A stretch of 64,000 bases of DNA from Octopus sinensis (taxonomy: Eukaryota). The stretch is taken from positions 1-64,000 of the forward strand of contig NW_021834018.1 in assembly GCF_006345805.1 (NCBI RefSeq), read 5' to 3'. A model generated the notes under the pieces. The model did no database searches, was not told the DNA's origin, and worked only from the letters and a program-made list of their open reading frames with translations. Position 1 is the stretch's first letter. Each line of letters begins with the position of its first letter. Both the position numbers and the translations under genes were made by a program. This document shows, in pieces, positions 26,588 through 39,879 of this stretch.

Positions 26588-28798
26588 ATACGGTAATATC
26601 GTGTGACGCTTCGCTTTTTACATCAACTTCTCTGAATTTATCTTTGTGTATACAGAAAGAGAATTATAAATGGCTCTGTTTAAATACGACATAAAATGCT
26701 AGCTCAGAATGCATTATTACATTACAAAGAAACACTCGAGATACGTTAGATTTGAAGAAAGTTCGAATAAAACAATATAAAAAAGGTTTGAATAATGTTT
26801 ACACACGTGCTTACGAAGACTCATGAATACGCATGTAAGCATTATTGTATAGAGACATAGAATTACACAAGAACAGACAGACAGACAGACACATACACAC
26901 ATGTATATATATATATATATATATATTTTTGTGTAGTTCGTTGAATGCATATTTGCTTTTCGTTGAAGTGCTTTGTTGAATCAGCGTTAGAATAAAATAA
27001 ACCATATGTTTGTGTGCTTGCGTCTTTTGTGTGTATATATGTGTGAGTGTGTGTGTGTGTGTTGCTGCGTGTGAATGTGCATTACCCTATAATCATTTTA
27101 ATTCTTCACATTTGTTTTCTTTTCGGTTCGTCAATTAAATAATCACAGCTCAGCCTGCTGAAAGCTTGAGTTGAAGAAAAATTTTCAAAATGGCGTCCGT
27201 TGTAATTTGCGCATCAATTTGAAGACACCTGAAAAGTGTTGTTATCGGGTTTGACTTTTTAAGCTGGACTATTTAACTCTGCTACTTGTCGCATAAGTGT
27301 TCACGTTTTTTAAATAGCGATAAAATTTACAAGACTCCTCTTTCGCTATGCTCCCACCACACTCTCGTCTTCTTTTTTTCCTTTCAAAAATATATATCTG
27401 TGTGTGTGTATGTATGTGTATATATATATGTATTTATGTATGTATGTTTATATATGTGTACATGTCTATAAATGTATGTGTATGTCTATATGTATGTACG
27501 TATATATATTTGTGCTTTTTTGCACTTGAGGTTTTTAACCATTTAGTATGATTCAGTGTCGTGTTATCTTGACAAAAAGTTCAAGTTGAGGGATCGTTAG
27601 AAGTCGTGATTATGTGTGTTTTAAGCAGGAAGGGTGGTGCTGGTTGATGGAAGGGTTTTCGGGGATTACACTTCTTAAACCTTTTGTCTGAATATCTGAA
27701 GTAAAAGGTCTAGCTGACAAAACAAAGCAGAAGAGAACAAAAAAAAAAGAGTTTCGAAAAGAATGCATCTGAGGGCTATGCAAGCTATCATTGTTTAACA
27801 CAAAGTAGAAAGACGAAGAATTATAAGATATGGCAGTTAGTTACTGATAAAAACAAAGGGAAAAAAGAAGAAAAACACAGACAGACAGAAGGGAAATCCT
27901 TAGAATATACGGACTTAAAATGACAACCACTGGAACGGGGCCTATAAAGATGAAGTTGAAACAAGAACAAAACGAAGAGAGGATAAAAAAAGAGAGAGAG
28001 ATAGAAAAACAAAACTAGAAAACAAAGATAAAACGAATAACAAATGAAAGGATTGCAACAATCTAGTCTTTATTCTGTACTCGAATAATTAGATTTGGAT
28101 TAAATGCCTTTTAGACTGGTTAAGGGTGTTATCTAATAAGAGCTATAGCGTGATATGTTGCCAAGTTAAAACCCAAAGCAAGAAATCTCGTTGTCAATTA
28201 ACAGGTTTTTATTTAGAACTTACGATCTATTGTTTACCTATATTACTGTTTTGTGATCTTTTAAAGGCGTTTTGTTTTTATATTTTTAAGGGAGGCGTCA
28301 CATCCCGAAGTACATATTATACAATCACTGCGTGCGTGAGTATACATGCATATATTTACATACATACGTATGTATATACGTATAAATATATTTTAGAAAC
28401 TTAAGTAGATAGACACACACAGAAATACGTACGCACACATGCATTTACATATGCATATATATGTATACACATATTTATTCGTACACACACACACATATAT
28501 GTATGTATGTATTTATGTGTGTGTGTGTGAGTATGTGTTATCTTTTACTCGTTTCAGCCACTCGTCTGTGGCCATCTTGGGATACCGCTTCCAGAAGGTT
28601 AATCAAACAAATCGAGCCATGTACTGCTTCTTTTTCTTTGAGCGTGGTACTCATTCTATCGGTCTCTTATTTTCGAGCCACTAAGTCACGGGGGCAAACC
28701 AACACTATCCAACACTACATTTCAAGCGATGGTGAGAAAGAAACACAGACACAAACACCCCCACAATCACCCATGTATACATACATACATACATACAC

Positions 28799-28845
<47 letters not shown>

Positions 28846-29077
28846 ATATTATATATATATATATATATAATATATATATATATATACGAAAGAAGGTTTG
28901 AAAATGCAATTTAAAAGATTATACTTTACCGGTTTCACTCTTTGTATATGTGTGTATGTATATGTATGGTGCTCCAGCATGGCCGCAGTGAAAATGACTG
29001 AAACAAGTAAAAGAATGTATATGCATTGTCTATATATATATTATATGTATATATTGTGTATATATATATATCAAAAG

Positions 29078-29375
29078 TAGCACTCCGTCGGTTACGACGA
29101 TGACGAACTTTCCAGCTGATACATGAAATTAAAGTGCAAGTGGCTGAGCACTCCACAGACACTTGTACCCTTAACGTACTTCTCAGGGAAGGTTCAGCGT
29201 GACACAGAGTGTGACAAGGCTGTCCCTTTTAATTACAGCTACTACTCATTTTCGGCAGCTGAGTGAACTGGAGCAACGTGAAATAAAGTGTCTTGCTCAA
29301 GGACACAACGCGTCACTGAACTCACGACCTTACAATCGTGAGCCGAATGCTCTCACCACTTAGCCACGTGCCTTC
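29078..29375 (-). mobile_element. CORE-like-body tRNA-SINE with tail T1
   Basis: Body gttgtgtccttgagcaagacactttatttcacgttgctccagttcactcagctg joined to the same tail as family C (gtggagtgctcagccac...cgacggagtgc). Confidence 0.8.
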
Positions 29376-29397
29376 GACATATATATATATATGTATG

Positions 29398-29449
<52 letters not shown>

Positions 29450-29474
29450 ATACATGTATGTATGTATGTATGTG

Positions 29475-29530
<56 letters not shown>

Positions 29531-29559
29531 GTATATCTATCTATCAAGCTATCTATCTC

Positions 29560-29620
<61 letters not shown>

Positions 29621-30298
29621 TGTGTGTGTGTGTATATATATACATATGTAGATAGGATGGGTTTTTCAAGTTTCTCTTTACCAAATCCGCTCACTAGGGT
29701 TTGACCGCCAACACGAGGCTATATCAAAAGACTGTTGCCCAAAATGCCACGCAATGCAACCGAACCCGAAACCATGTGGTTAGGATGTAAAACTTAGTAC
29801 GACAGAGCCACTCTTGCGCTGCGCCCATATCATGACGTGAAACTAGATAACGCTTGTGTTCACGGTTCGAATGAGTTTGTATCAGAATGAGATAAAGGGA
29901 GATTTGAAACACAGATCTGAAGACAAAGCGCAAAGAAGCGTAATTATTAATTGTAAATTGCCTGTCAAATGACAGGTTCTTTCAGTTGGTTGCTCATAAT
30001 AAAGACACCCACCTCGAATTAGCTCCGTACTTTGTTAGAAGAGGACTGTACTCCGTTTTCCATTGAATGGTCATCTGTTGCGTAGAAATAAAAATGTATA
30101 GGCGTAATTATGGCTACGGTTGATAAGCTCAATTCGCTTCGAATTGAGTCCTACAGCGTAGCACGTTGGGCAAGTTACTTCTGTAGTACCGGGTCGACCA
30201 ATGTGTGTTGAGTGAATTTTGGGGGGCAGACGAAAACTGTGAGGTAAGTCGCCGTACCTATATGTATTAGTGCGTGCATGAATGTGTTTGCACGTGTG

Positions 30299-30346
<48 letters not shown>

Positions 30347-31164
30347 GGTTTTCAGTTGTGTACTATTACCTTTGACAACCGTTGTTAACATATTTACGTC
30401 TCTGTAACTTGGCCTTTCGGCAGAAGGACTGGCAGAATAAGTAGTTGACCGTCAAAAGAAATTACAGGGGTCGATTTTCCGACTAAACACTTCATGCTGG
30501 GGCCTCTGCATGGATGCAGTCCAATAACTTAAACCAGCAACAGAAGAAATTTACTGTGGAAGACCAATGAACGAACGAATCTTCTCTTTCATTGCTTAGA
30601 GTGTAACAATAATATCTGAGGGTAACAACAATAACCTTATTAGTTTACAAGGGATTATTTAAAGTTCATGCACTGAAAATCGAGCTGTATTTTAGCCGAA
30701 CATAATGAGTTATAATAACAATAGGGAGAGGCCGTTCAACGTTTAACTAAAAAAGATTATGATGATAAAATACCTGTTTGTTATCTAATTTTAATACAAT
30801 AAGGCTGTTATCCTTCAGAAAAACAATTTACAGTAAGATACAATGTCGTCGCTATAGTGTGTTCGTGGCCACTCCTGCTCAGTCTTAAATCACTGTCAAA
30901 TACCGCGCAGCAGTCAGTAAATAGACTGATAACGTTACTACATGAACAAAACACCTTCTTATAAAATTATATGCCAGATGACTGCGTTATAAGTTACTCC
31001 AGAGAAAGAGCCAAAGTCAACGAGGGACAAAATTCTGGGTCACCGAACCTGTTAGAAATAGCAGCTTAAAACGTCCATAAAAATTATTTTACGCATCCAA
31101 AGATGGTGAAGGTCCTTCAGGTAATTCTAAAAGACGGTGAGTTGTCATTGTTAGATGACTGATC

Positions 31165-31945
31165 ATTGGGTTTGATCGGCTAGGTTTCATCCGGTACTAA
31201 GAGACAACTACAACCAGGGTTGATCCGTTACTGAATGACAACTATTACTAGGCTTGATTCGTTACTAAATGACGAATATTACCAGGTTTGATCCGTTACT
31301 ACATGACAACTATTCTCAGGTTTGATCCAGTACTAAATGACGACTTTTCCCAGGTTTGATCTGGTACTACATGACAACTATTACCAGAGTCGATCCGGTA
31401 CTAAATGGCAACTATTCCCAGGTTTGATCTGGTACTAAATAACAACTATTACCAGGCTTGATCCGTTACTAAATGACGAATATTACCAGGTTTGATCCGT
31501 TACTAAATATCAACTATTCCCAGGTTTGATCCGGTACTAAATGGCAACTATTACCAGAGTTGATCCGGTACTAAATGGCAACTATTCCCAGGTTTGATCC
31601 GGTACTAAATAACAACTATTACCAGGTTTGAGCCGGTACTAAATAACAACTATTACCAGAGTTGATCCGGTACTAAATAACAACTATTACCAGGTTTGAG
31701 CCGGTACTAAATAACAACTATTACCAGAGTTGATCCGGTACTAAATGGCAACTATTCCCAGGTTTGATCCGGTACTAAATAACAACTATTACCAGGTTTG
31801 AGCCGGTACTAAATGAGAGCTATTACCAGGTTTGATCCGTTACTACATGATAACTATTCCCAGGTACTAAATGACAAATATTACCAGGTTTCATCCGTTG
31901 CTAAATGACATCTTATAACCGGGTTTGATCCATTATTTAAACGAA
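31165..31945. repeat. 34-bp minisatellite, about 22 copies
   Basis: Unit ccaggtttgatccggtactaaat(g/a)(g/a)caactatt(a/c); period of 34 measured (tgatcc at 31561 and 31595). Confidence 0.95.
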
Positions 31946-32033
31946 GCCCTTGTCACGGTTTGACTGACAACCTCGTTACGCTTGAGGAAATTACAACTAG
32001 TGGATACCTGGGCAAAATGCTTTTAATACTTAC

Positions 32034-32159
32034 ACCCCTTTCGTGAAAGTTTGAGGCCAAGTGTTTAGGGTGTTTAGCACACAATCTTGAACTTGTGGAT
32101 TCCATGTCTGGACCTGGGACTTGGCGGCACGTTGAGGGCTTTTACGTTGATGCAGTTTC
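32034..32159 (-). CDS. Candidate additional or alternative exon of the minus-strand gene
   Basis: 126 nt, donor GTAAGT, only open frame is phase 2 to 2 (KLHQRKSPQRAAKSQVQTWNPQVQDCVLNTLNTWPQTFTKG), fitting between the flanking exons; the acceptor is weak and abuts a SINE tail. Confidence 0.3.
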
Positions 32160-32177
32160 CTGAACTTAAATGAATAC

Positions 32178-32412
32178 CTATTTCTTTACTACCCACAAGG
32201 GGCTAAACACAGAGAGGACAAACAAGGACAGACAAACGGATTAAGTCGATTATATCGACCCAGTGCGTAACTGGTACTTAATTTATCGACCCCGAAAGGA
32301 TGAAAGGCAAAGTCGACCTCGGTGGAATTTGAACTCAGAACGTAGCAGCAGACGAAATACTGCAAAGCATTGCCGCCCTGCATGCTAACGTTTCTGCCAG
32401 CTCGCCACCTTA
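32178..32412 (-). mobile_element. SINE family B, full length
   Basis: Match to family B. Confidence 0.9.
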
Positions 32413-32476
32413 TTAAATGAAATTAAATGAATACCGTCTCTTTATCTCTCTGTCACTCACTCACTCACTCACTCAC

Positions 32477-32548
<72 letters not shown>

Positions 32549-34245
32549 TCCTGCCGTCAAATCTTCGAAATTCTTTTGTATCAATGATGGAACAACCAAG
32601 GTTTCTATGTCCACCTAAGCATCTAAAACAATTAGTGAAATCATCTTACCAGATCCTAATCGCTTACCAGTGACAGACTTCCCTTTACATTATATAGTCT
32701 GAAATCTCGTCCTGGATTTGCCATTTCTTTTTCATTCTTTTTGATAAAGCGTCGCCCAGTCAATGAGAGTATTTAATCACCTCTTAGCTGCGTCATGGTT
32801 TGTAGTTTCTTTCATTTTTGTTAAGGTAAAAATTATGCAGAAATTATTTACATAGATTACGTTTGTAATTAAAAAGGCCAACGTTACCAACTGATTTTGC
32901 CCGAGGATTAAGTGATTAACTTTACAACCACTTACATATTATTCAGAGATTATACAGTTTCATAGATGGCACAACTAAAATAAAATTGATACGAAATCCA
33001 TTTACTTTTAATTTTACTGTATAGATTCTTGTGATGCGCCAAACATCTCTGATTTATCTCCAATACAGGAAATGAAACACTGTGGTGTTTAAAACTTTTC
33101 TCATCTGCAATAACGACGTCGTAGGAAAAGTTGAAAAGAAAATCACCAGTTGTAAGAAGTCGATAACGCGAAACTTGTAATGGGTATGTGTGAAGATAGG
33201 GCCAGCATTAAGGGCGGCAACTGCTTTGATAAATGATTCTTAGATACACATTATGCTTGAGGTTTATATGGAAAAGGAAATAGAAAGAATTGATGTTAAT
33301 GTGTTTCTCAAAGACATTAAGCAAGCGACAAGACAGTCATAGAGTATGAAAGTCAATTCTCAGTAGCGTTTACTTTGATCTATATAGATAGTGACATATT
33401 CTATAATGAAAGATGGTTCCATTATTTACGAAGTGTTTTCTTATGGAATCACATTTGCCAAACTGTATTTCCTGTTAACATCTTCATGAACTACATTAGT
33501 GTTGCGCTGTATAGTAACCTGATGCTGGAACTTCGAGCTATTGTGTTCGGGACTGTTGCAACTACAGGAAACGACAGTGTTTATATTTATAGAATTTTTG
33601 AACCGAATTAAGTATGAGGAACAAAGCATTCTCTTGTCACCCGTTAAAAGGAAATATTTTCATTTATAACTTTCAACGATATATATAATTATGCCTTTCA
33701 TTGATATATATATATATATAATTATGCCTTTCAACGATCTATATACTTATATGTCTTTCAACGATGTATTTAATTATAATATGATACGTACATAGGGATT
33801 TTCAGATAATGTTTTGTATTGTGTACACCAAACTTTTTTACTGCCCGACATGCTTTCCGCAATATCAATGAATATAAAAATTAATTTTTCCTTTTTATTG
33901 GATAACGATTTCTCGTGAGTCGCTCCTGCTGGTACTTCATCACATTGATCCAGAAGGAATGTAAAGCAAATTTGACTTCGGCGTTGTTTGAACTCAGAAC
34001 GTGCAGGGCCCAAAGTTATATTGCTATGCTTTTGCTTGGACGTTGTAATGAATCTGTCTCTTCACCGCTTTTGCCAGCACGAACATTCTTTTCTTCTACA
34101 GGCACATGGTCTGAGAATTTGGAGGAGGGGGTGTAGTCGAAATTTCGGGGGAAACTGGTACTTATTTTATCGACCCCTAAAGAAAGAAAGGCAAAGTCGA
34201 TCTCGGTAGTATTTGAACTTGTACCGCAAAGTCAGAAGAAATGTG

Positions 34246-34644
34246 GCTGTGTGGTAAGTAGCTTGTTTACCAACCACATGGTTCTGGGTTCAGTCCCACT
34301 GCGTGGCACTTTGGGCAAGTGTCTTCTACTATAGCCTCGGGCCGACCAAAGCCTTGTGAGTGGATTTGGTAGACGGAAACTGAAAGAAGCCCGTCGTATA
34401 TATGTATATATATATATATACGTGTGTGTGTTTGTGTGAGTGTGTTTGTCCCCCTAGCATTGCTTGACAACCGATGCTGGTGTGTTTATGTCCCCGTTAC
34501 TTAGCAGTTCGGCAAAAGAGACCGATAGAATAAGTACTGGGCTTATAAAAGAATAAGTCCCCGGGGTCGAGTTGCTCAACTAAAGGCGGTGCTCCAGCAT
34601 GGCCGCTGTCAAATGACTGAAACAAGTAAAAGAGTAAAGAGTAA
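34246..34644 (+). mobile_element. SINE family A
   Basis: Near-full-length match. Confidence 0.9.
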
Positions 34645-35464
34645 CATTTTGTCCTCGAGCTAACCACATTCTACCAGCTCACAGCGTTTTCCCGCTCGAA
34701 TAATAATTTTATATATTTTCTCGTCCATGGTCTGACAATAAAAAGAACGATTCCTCTATAAGATTTGAAGTTGCACCGATTAGAACTAAAAGCTGAAACT
34801 GCAAATACATTCTTCCGGCAAGTGTTGTGTACGTCGACAATCCCTAGAGCTAGAACCAAAATAATTATATATGACAAAGACAGATTATATTGTGTGATCC
34901 AGGGGGCAGAGATTGTGACATGTTTTTGTCGCCAAATAATTAATTACACAAGTAAGCTGACTCCTACAGGAAATCAGTCTCAGGTAGGCGCACATTACAG
35001 CAGTTGACACTTCTCTATAATAAATAATGGTATCTTATCTAAAATAATGAAACATAATATTTAGGAAGTTGTGCGGTTCATGTGATATTCTCTAAAATGT
35101 TTGTTACTAGATATCAAATCTGATAGAAATTAACGCAATAACGTATTCCAAATCATTCACCACACCTGAATTATATTTTTGAAGTTAAAGAAGAATTTTA
35201 CGTTAGCTTTAACTGCGTCATGTTCAGAATACCACAGTGACAATTAACAATCGTATTTTCTGGACGGCCTCAATACCAGATTCCGCAAAAACTCTAATGC
35301 CTTGGTTGGTCAGTTACAAAAGTGGAAGATGAGAAAAGCTAACTCTAAAAGACGATAAGACTGCTTCTATCTTCATCGCATTTGTCATCGTCGTGATCAC
35401 CTTCGCCGTCGTTGTCATCACTGTAGCAGCAGCCTTTGTCATTCGGAGGCGATAAAATAAATAC

Positions 35465-35722
35465 TTATTTCTTTATTGCCCACAAGGGGCTAAACATAGA
35501 GAGGACAAACAAGGACAGACAAAGGTATTAAGTCGATTACATCGACCCCAGTGCGGAACTGGTAATTAATTTATCGACCTCAGTGCCGAACTGGTACTTA
35601 GTTTATCGACCCCGAAAGGATGAAAGGCAAAGTCAACCTCGGCGGAATTTGAACTCACAACGTAACGACAGACGAAATACCGCTAAGCATTTCATCCGGC
35701 GTGCTAACGTTTCTGCCGCCTT
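35465..35722 (-). mobile_element. SINE family B with a short internal tandem duplication
   Basis: The cagtgc..aactggta..ta.tttatcgacc segment occurs twice at about 35570-35610. Confidence 0.85.
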
Positions 35723-35802
35723 CATAAAATAAATACCAGTTAAGCACTGGCGTCGATGTAGTTTCAGGTTTTGTGCCTATAGTAAAAGGATTATTATCAT
35801 CA

Positions 35803-36205
35803 GGCGTAGGAGTGGCTGTGTGGTAAGTAGCTTGCTTACCAACCACATGGTTCCGGGTTCAGTCCCACTGCGTGGAACCTTGGGCAAGTGCCTTCAACTA
35901 TAGCCTTGGGCCGAGCAAAGCCTTGTGAGTGGATTTGGTAGACGGAAGCTGACAGAAGCCCGTCGTATATCTGTGTATATGTGTGTGTGTGTGTGTATAT
36001 GTTTGTATGTTTGTGTTTGTTCCCCCACCATCATTTGACAACCGGTGCTGGTGTGTTTACGTCCCCGTAACTTAGCGGTTTGGCATAAGAAACCGATAGA
36101 ATAAGTACTAGGCTTACAAAGAATAAGTCCTAGGGTCGATTTGCTCTACTAAAGGCGGTGCACCAGCATGGCCACAGTCAAATGACTAAAGCAAGTAAAA
36201 AAGAG
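35803..36205 (+). mobile_element. SINE family A
   Basis: Full-length match. Confidence 0.9.
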
Positions 36206-36488
36206 TATCAGTAATATAGGTATTAGTAATTAAGGTACCGACGTGGAGCAGTCATTACTGTGACGATTTCTTCAGGTTTTATGCCCTGAGTTCAAATTAC
36301 AGCTAGGTCGTTTGTGTCTTTCATCCTTTCGGTGTCGGTTAAATAAGTACCAGTTAAGCACTGTCGTCATTGTAATCCACATTCCCTCCTCGCAACATTT
36401 CTAGTATTCTGCCAAAAATTAGAAAGAACTACTACTACTACTACTACTACTACTTACTACTACTACTACACTACTACTACTACTACTA

Positions 36489-36535
<47 letters not shown>

Positions 36536-36539
36536 TCGT

Positions 36540-37055
36540 TATTATTGAGTAAGAGCAGTGCATGCCATCAATGTGATAACTGAGATACAAATGTACGTAG
36601 CCCATCTGATAAGGTTTCACCAAGTAAATGCACCACAAACATATGTGCGTAACATGGTGACCTCATATCAAGAAAAACATTGCCTGTTCTTACAGGTGGG
36701 GCCCAGTTAGAATTTCCCTCAGGTCGTGTAACTCATCACCCTCAAAATCTCCCTGAATAAAGGTTGCTTAAGGGTGATGAACGAAGCACCCATGTTTCCA
36801 AGGGATGAATCATTCAACCCCACTAAAGGATTCCTGTCAACATATGGGCTGTGATGCTCCCCCACTACTTCTGCTCATGATCAAAGATGCCTGTATCGTC
36901 AGGTAAGTAAGGAACATGCTCAAGTGGTTAATGTCAAGCAACTGACGAGCAAATCTGTGGTATTGAGCAGAATATCTGATGTAGACCTTCTCTTACACCA
37001 AGACAAAACATGTATATGTTAACACTTCCAATCAGTTAAGATCAGAAGCCATGGG
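36540..37055 (-). mobile_element. (AAT)n-tailed retroelement 3' region, inverted copy of the 10162-10615 family
   Basis: Reverse-complement similarity to 10162-10615 over about 36540-36950; extension to about 37055 is inferred. Confidence 0.7.
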
Positions 37056-37065
37056 AGTCACTTAC

Positions 37066-37201
37066 CTGGCTGAAGAATTGCATACGAGGAGGACATTGAA
37101 AAGACAATGATGCCATGCAACTTTCTGATTTGAAGATTGCAAACATAAGTATATAATAAGATTTTCAAGAGGAAGCCCCATTGGATTTAATGTTTTCAGG
37201 C
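37066..37201 (-). CDS. Internal coding exon of the uncharacterised minus-strand gene
   Basis: Acceptor cgtctttgtag, consensus donor CAG|GTAAGT, 136 nt, only open frame is phase 1 to 2: LKTLNPMGLPLENLIIYLCLQSSNQKVAWHHCLFNVLLVCNSSA(R). Confidence 0.72.
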
Positions 37202-37314
37202 CTACAAAGACGTGTGAGACTAAAACATAAATGCTAAATTTGAATAAAATTTGAACCAATATTTGCCGGAAAAGCGTATGGTTGGAATATTTCATTAGTT
37301 CTCGAGGCGTAAGG

Positions 37315-37730
37315 AAGGGAATGATATGGTTAAATGTTTAGTAAGGGCATGTCAAAATTCTGTCTTGTGATGGAGAGATGAATAGGATTAGGGGACTCCC
37401 ATCGGTCATGAATGACCATGAGATTGATTGCACCTAGAAAGTTCCCCTCCGAGGCACAATCTGGGTATTGTTGTTTGTGGAAGGCCAGCAGTCGCCCATG
37501 CATGCTAGCCTCTCCTCTCCACACCACTGTTGTTATCCAAGGGAAAGACAAAGGCCGATACAGTTTGGCACCTGTGACGTCGCAACTAATTTCTACAGCT
37601 GAGTGAACTGGAGCAACGTGAAATAAAATGTGTTGCTCAAGAACACAACACGCAGCCCGGTGCGGGAATCGAACTCATAACCTCACGATCGTAAGCTCGA
37701 CGCTCTCAACACTGAGCCATGCGACTTCAC
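37315..37730 (-). mobile_element. CORE-like-body tRNA-SINE with a fourth tail (T4)
   Basis: Same head and body as 29078-29375 (cacgttgctccagttcactcagctg) but an unrelated 3' part. Confidence 0.75.
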
Positions 37731-38647
37731 TAGAGATGAATAATAGTAAAAATGATATGGAGTATGTAAACATGTAATGTTAAGATAGGTGTCCTGAATG
37801 AAAAGTGTATTTAGAAAATTAGAAAATAGCACAAGCCGATGTAATAGAGGAAACCACGTGATAAAACGGGATAATAGGAAAGTATCAAAATAGTCTGTCG
37901 TCTGGCAAGAAATAGCTGCCGAATCATCCTCTGTTTAGATATTTAACGTTTTAATAATGAATGAATAATTTAAAGAATGAAGTCCTAGATAAGCTGAGAA
38001 TAAAAAAACAGCAAAAAATTTGACGTGGCCGCTGGAGCAACATTTTCGATCATAGGTCATCTGGATCAAAATTGCTTTGACACAACAAGAGCAATAGCAA
38101 TGGTGACAGCAGCAGCAACAAACAATGAAAAGAATAACAGTAAAAATATAAATTACCAACGATTCATTTAGGCTGTTCACTAAATCAGTTTTCTCTCTCA
38201 CAATGCTGGAGGTTTTTTTTTTTTTCCTTTTTCAACAACAGCAACGTTTAAGGATTAGGTGTCAAAAGAAAAATGAAAGATTAGAGTTTTTAAAAATTCA
38301 AGCGTTTAATAGCGAAGTTAAACTTCTGCGCCTCATTTGAAATACAAAAGAAGTTGATGGTAATGTATGCATGTATGTTTGTACGTATGAATGTATGTAT
38401 ATTTAAGTATATATATGTAGGTATTCATGTATGTATGCATGTATGTATGTATGTTTGTACGTATGTTTGTACGTATGTGTGCATGTATATATGCATATGT
38501 TTCTACGCGTGTATTTATGTATGTATGCATGTATGTTTGTAAGTATTTATGTATGTGTGTATGCATGTACGCACGTATGCGTCTTTGGTTGTATGTATAA
38601 AACTGCATACATGTATACATGTATACATGCTTTTTTATATATATGTA

Positions 38648-38685
<38 letters not shown>

Positions 38686-39489
38686 ATGTGTGTGTGTGTG
38701 TGTATACATTTATATAAATAAATATATATATATATATTATGAGTTTATGCGTGTATGTGTGTTTGTAGATAAATATATATATGTATATAGGTATATATAT
38801 ATATGTGTGTGTGTGCGTGTGTATGTATATTCATACATACGCACATAGATATACATATATATCATATCCATACAACACAAATTATATTACCACTAATTAA
38901 CTGACATATTTACAGAGTAAATGTTTATTATTGACGTCATCAAAGAATGTGCTCTTTGTTAGCCTCTTCAAGACAGTTCACGTTGTAATAGTAACACGGA
39001 TCGTGTTAAATATAAATAAAAAATATCTTCCCTCATTATTTCAGCGAGACAGCGGTTACAACAGCTCTGCTTACATGAATTGAGCGTATTGCTAAACCAC
39101 AATAGGGCAATTGTAAATGTGTTCTTTCCCCACTTTTTTCTAACAGAGAAATGACAAAATAACTTATCCTTTACAATTTCATTGTAAACCGTGTTTTAAA
39201 TGAATTAATGTTTCCACTATATCTTAGATAGGAAAATATCGGATTTACAATGCTTTTTTAGCTGTATTGGTTGACAAGTGTAGTTTGAATTTTTATTTTC
39301 AGCATGTGGTACGTGAGTATATACACAGACATACGCATATGAATATACATAGAGGTACACACGCACACCCAAGGATATATATATGTGCATATGTGTGTAA
39401 TGTGTGTGCGCATATATATGTCTATATGTGTGTGTATGTGTGTGTGTGTGCGCGCGTGTAGTCAGCAGCTAAGATTCATAGATACTCAA

Positions 39490-39612
39490 TATCATCATCA
39501 TCAGTGTTCGACCGTGGTCGAGACAATGGAATTTACCATGCTACGCCAAACTTCACGGTCCATCATGGCATTACGGAGGTCCTGTTGCTGGATGCCTGTA
39601 TCCCTGGATACT
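39490..39612 (-). mobile_element. RTE-type LINE 3' end with (TGA)n tail
   Basis: RDTGIQQQDLRNAMMDREVWRSMVNSIVSTTVEH* followed by tgatgatgatga. Confidence 0.7.
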
Positions 39613-39879
39613 CAAGATAGGGCACACGTTACTATTTCCCGATCTTCCTACCCTGACGAAGGAAGCCGGTATTACGGTAATGTTTTTCTTGCATCCTGTA
39701 TTGGTTGCATTTCCTTGCATTTTGGAACAAATTATCTGACAATAATGAAATTACTACTATTACGTAATTCCTAGCCTTCAGGAACAGCTGTAGGACCAAA
39801 AATACCATGTCTAACATTAGTTTCCAGTATCTTTTCTACACCATGTAAACTTGAGAAAACCTCGACAAGGTTATCATAC

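Noticed and set aside
27600-27940. Two strong-looking minus-strand acceptors (about 27713 and 27938)
   Set aside because: The pyrimidine tracts come from simple T/C-rich repeats, the donors are poor, and the phases do not fit the exon chain.
31165-31945. CRISPR-like array (repeat length about 34 bp)
   Set aside because: The units are contiguous with no unique spacers, there are no cas genes, and the context is eukaryotic.
33375-33629. Overlapping non-repetitive ORFs on both strands
   Set aside because: There is no recognisable motif and no consistent splice pair fitting the gene model.
37058-37070. U1 snRNA-like ACTTACCTGG (similar string near 46030)
   Set aside because: It is only the reverse complement of a 5' splice site; no U1 body follows.
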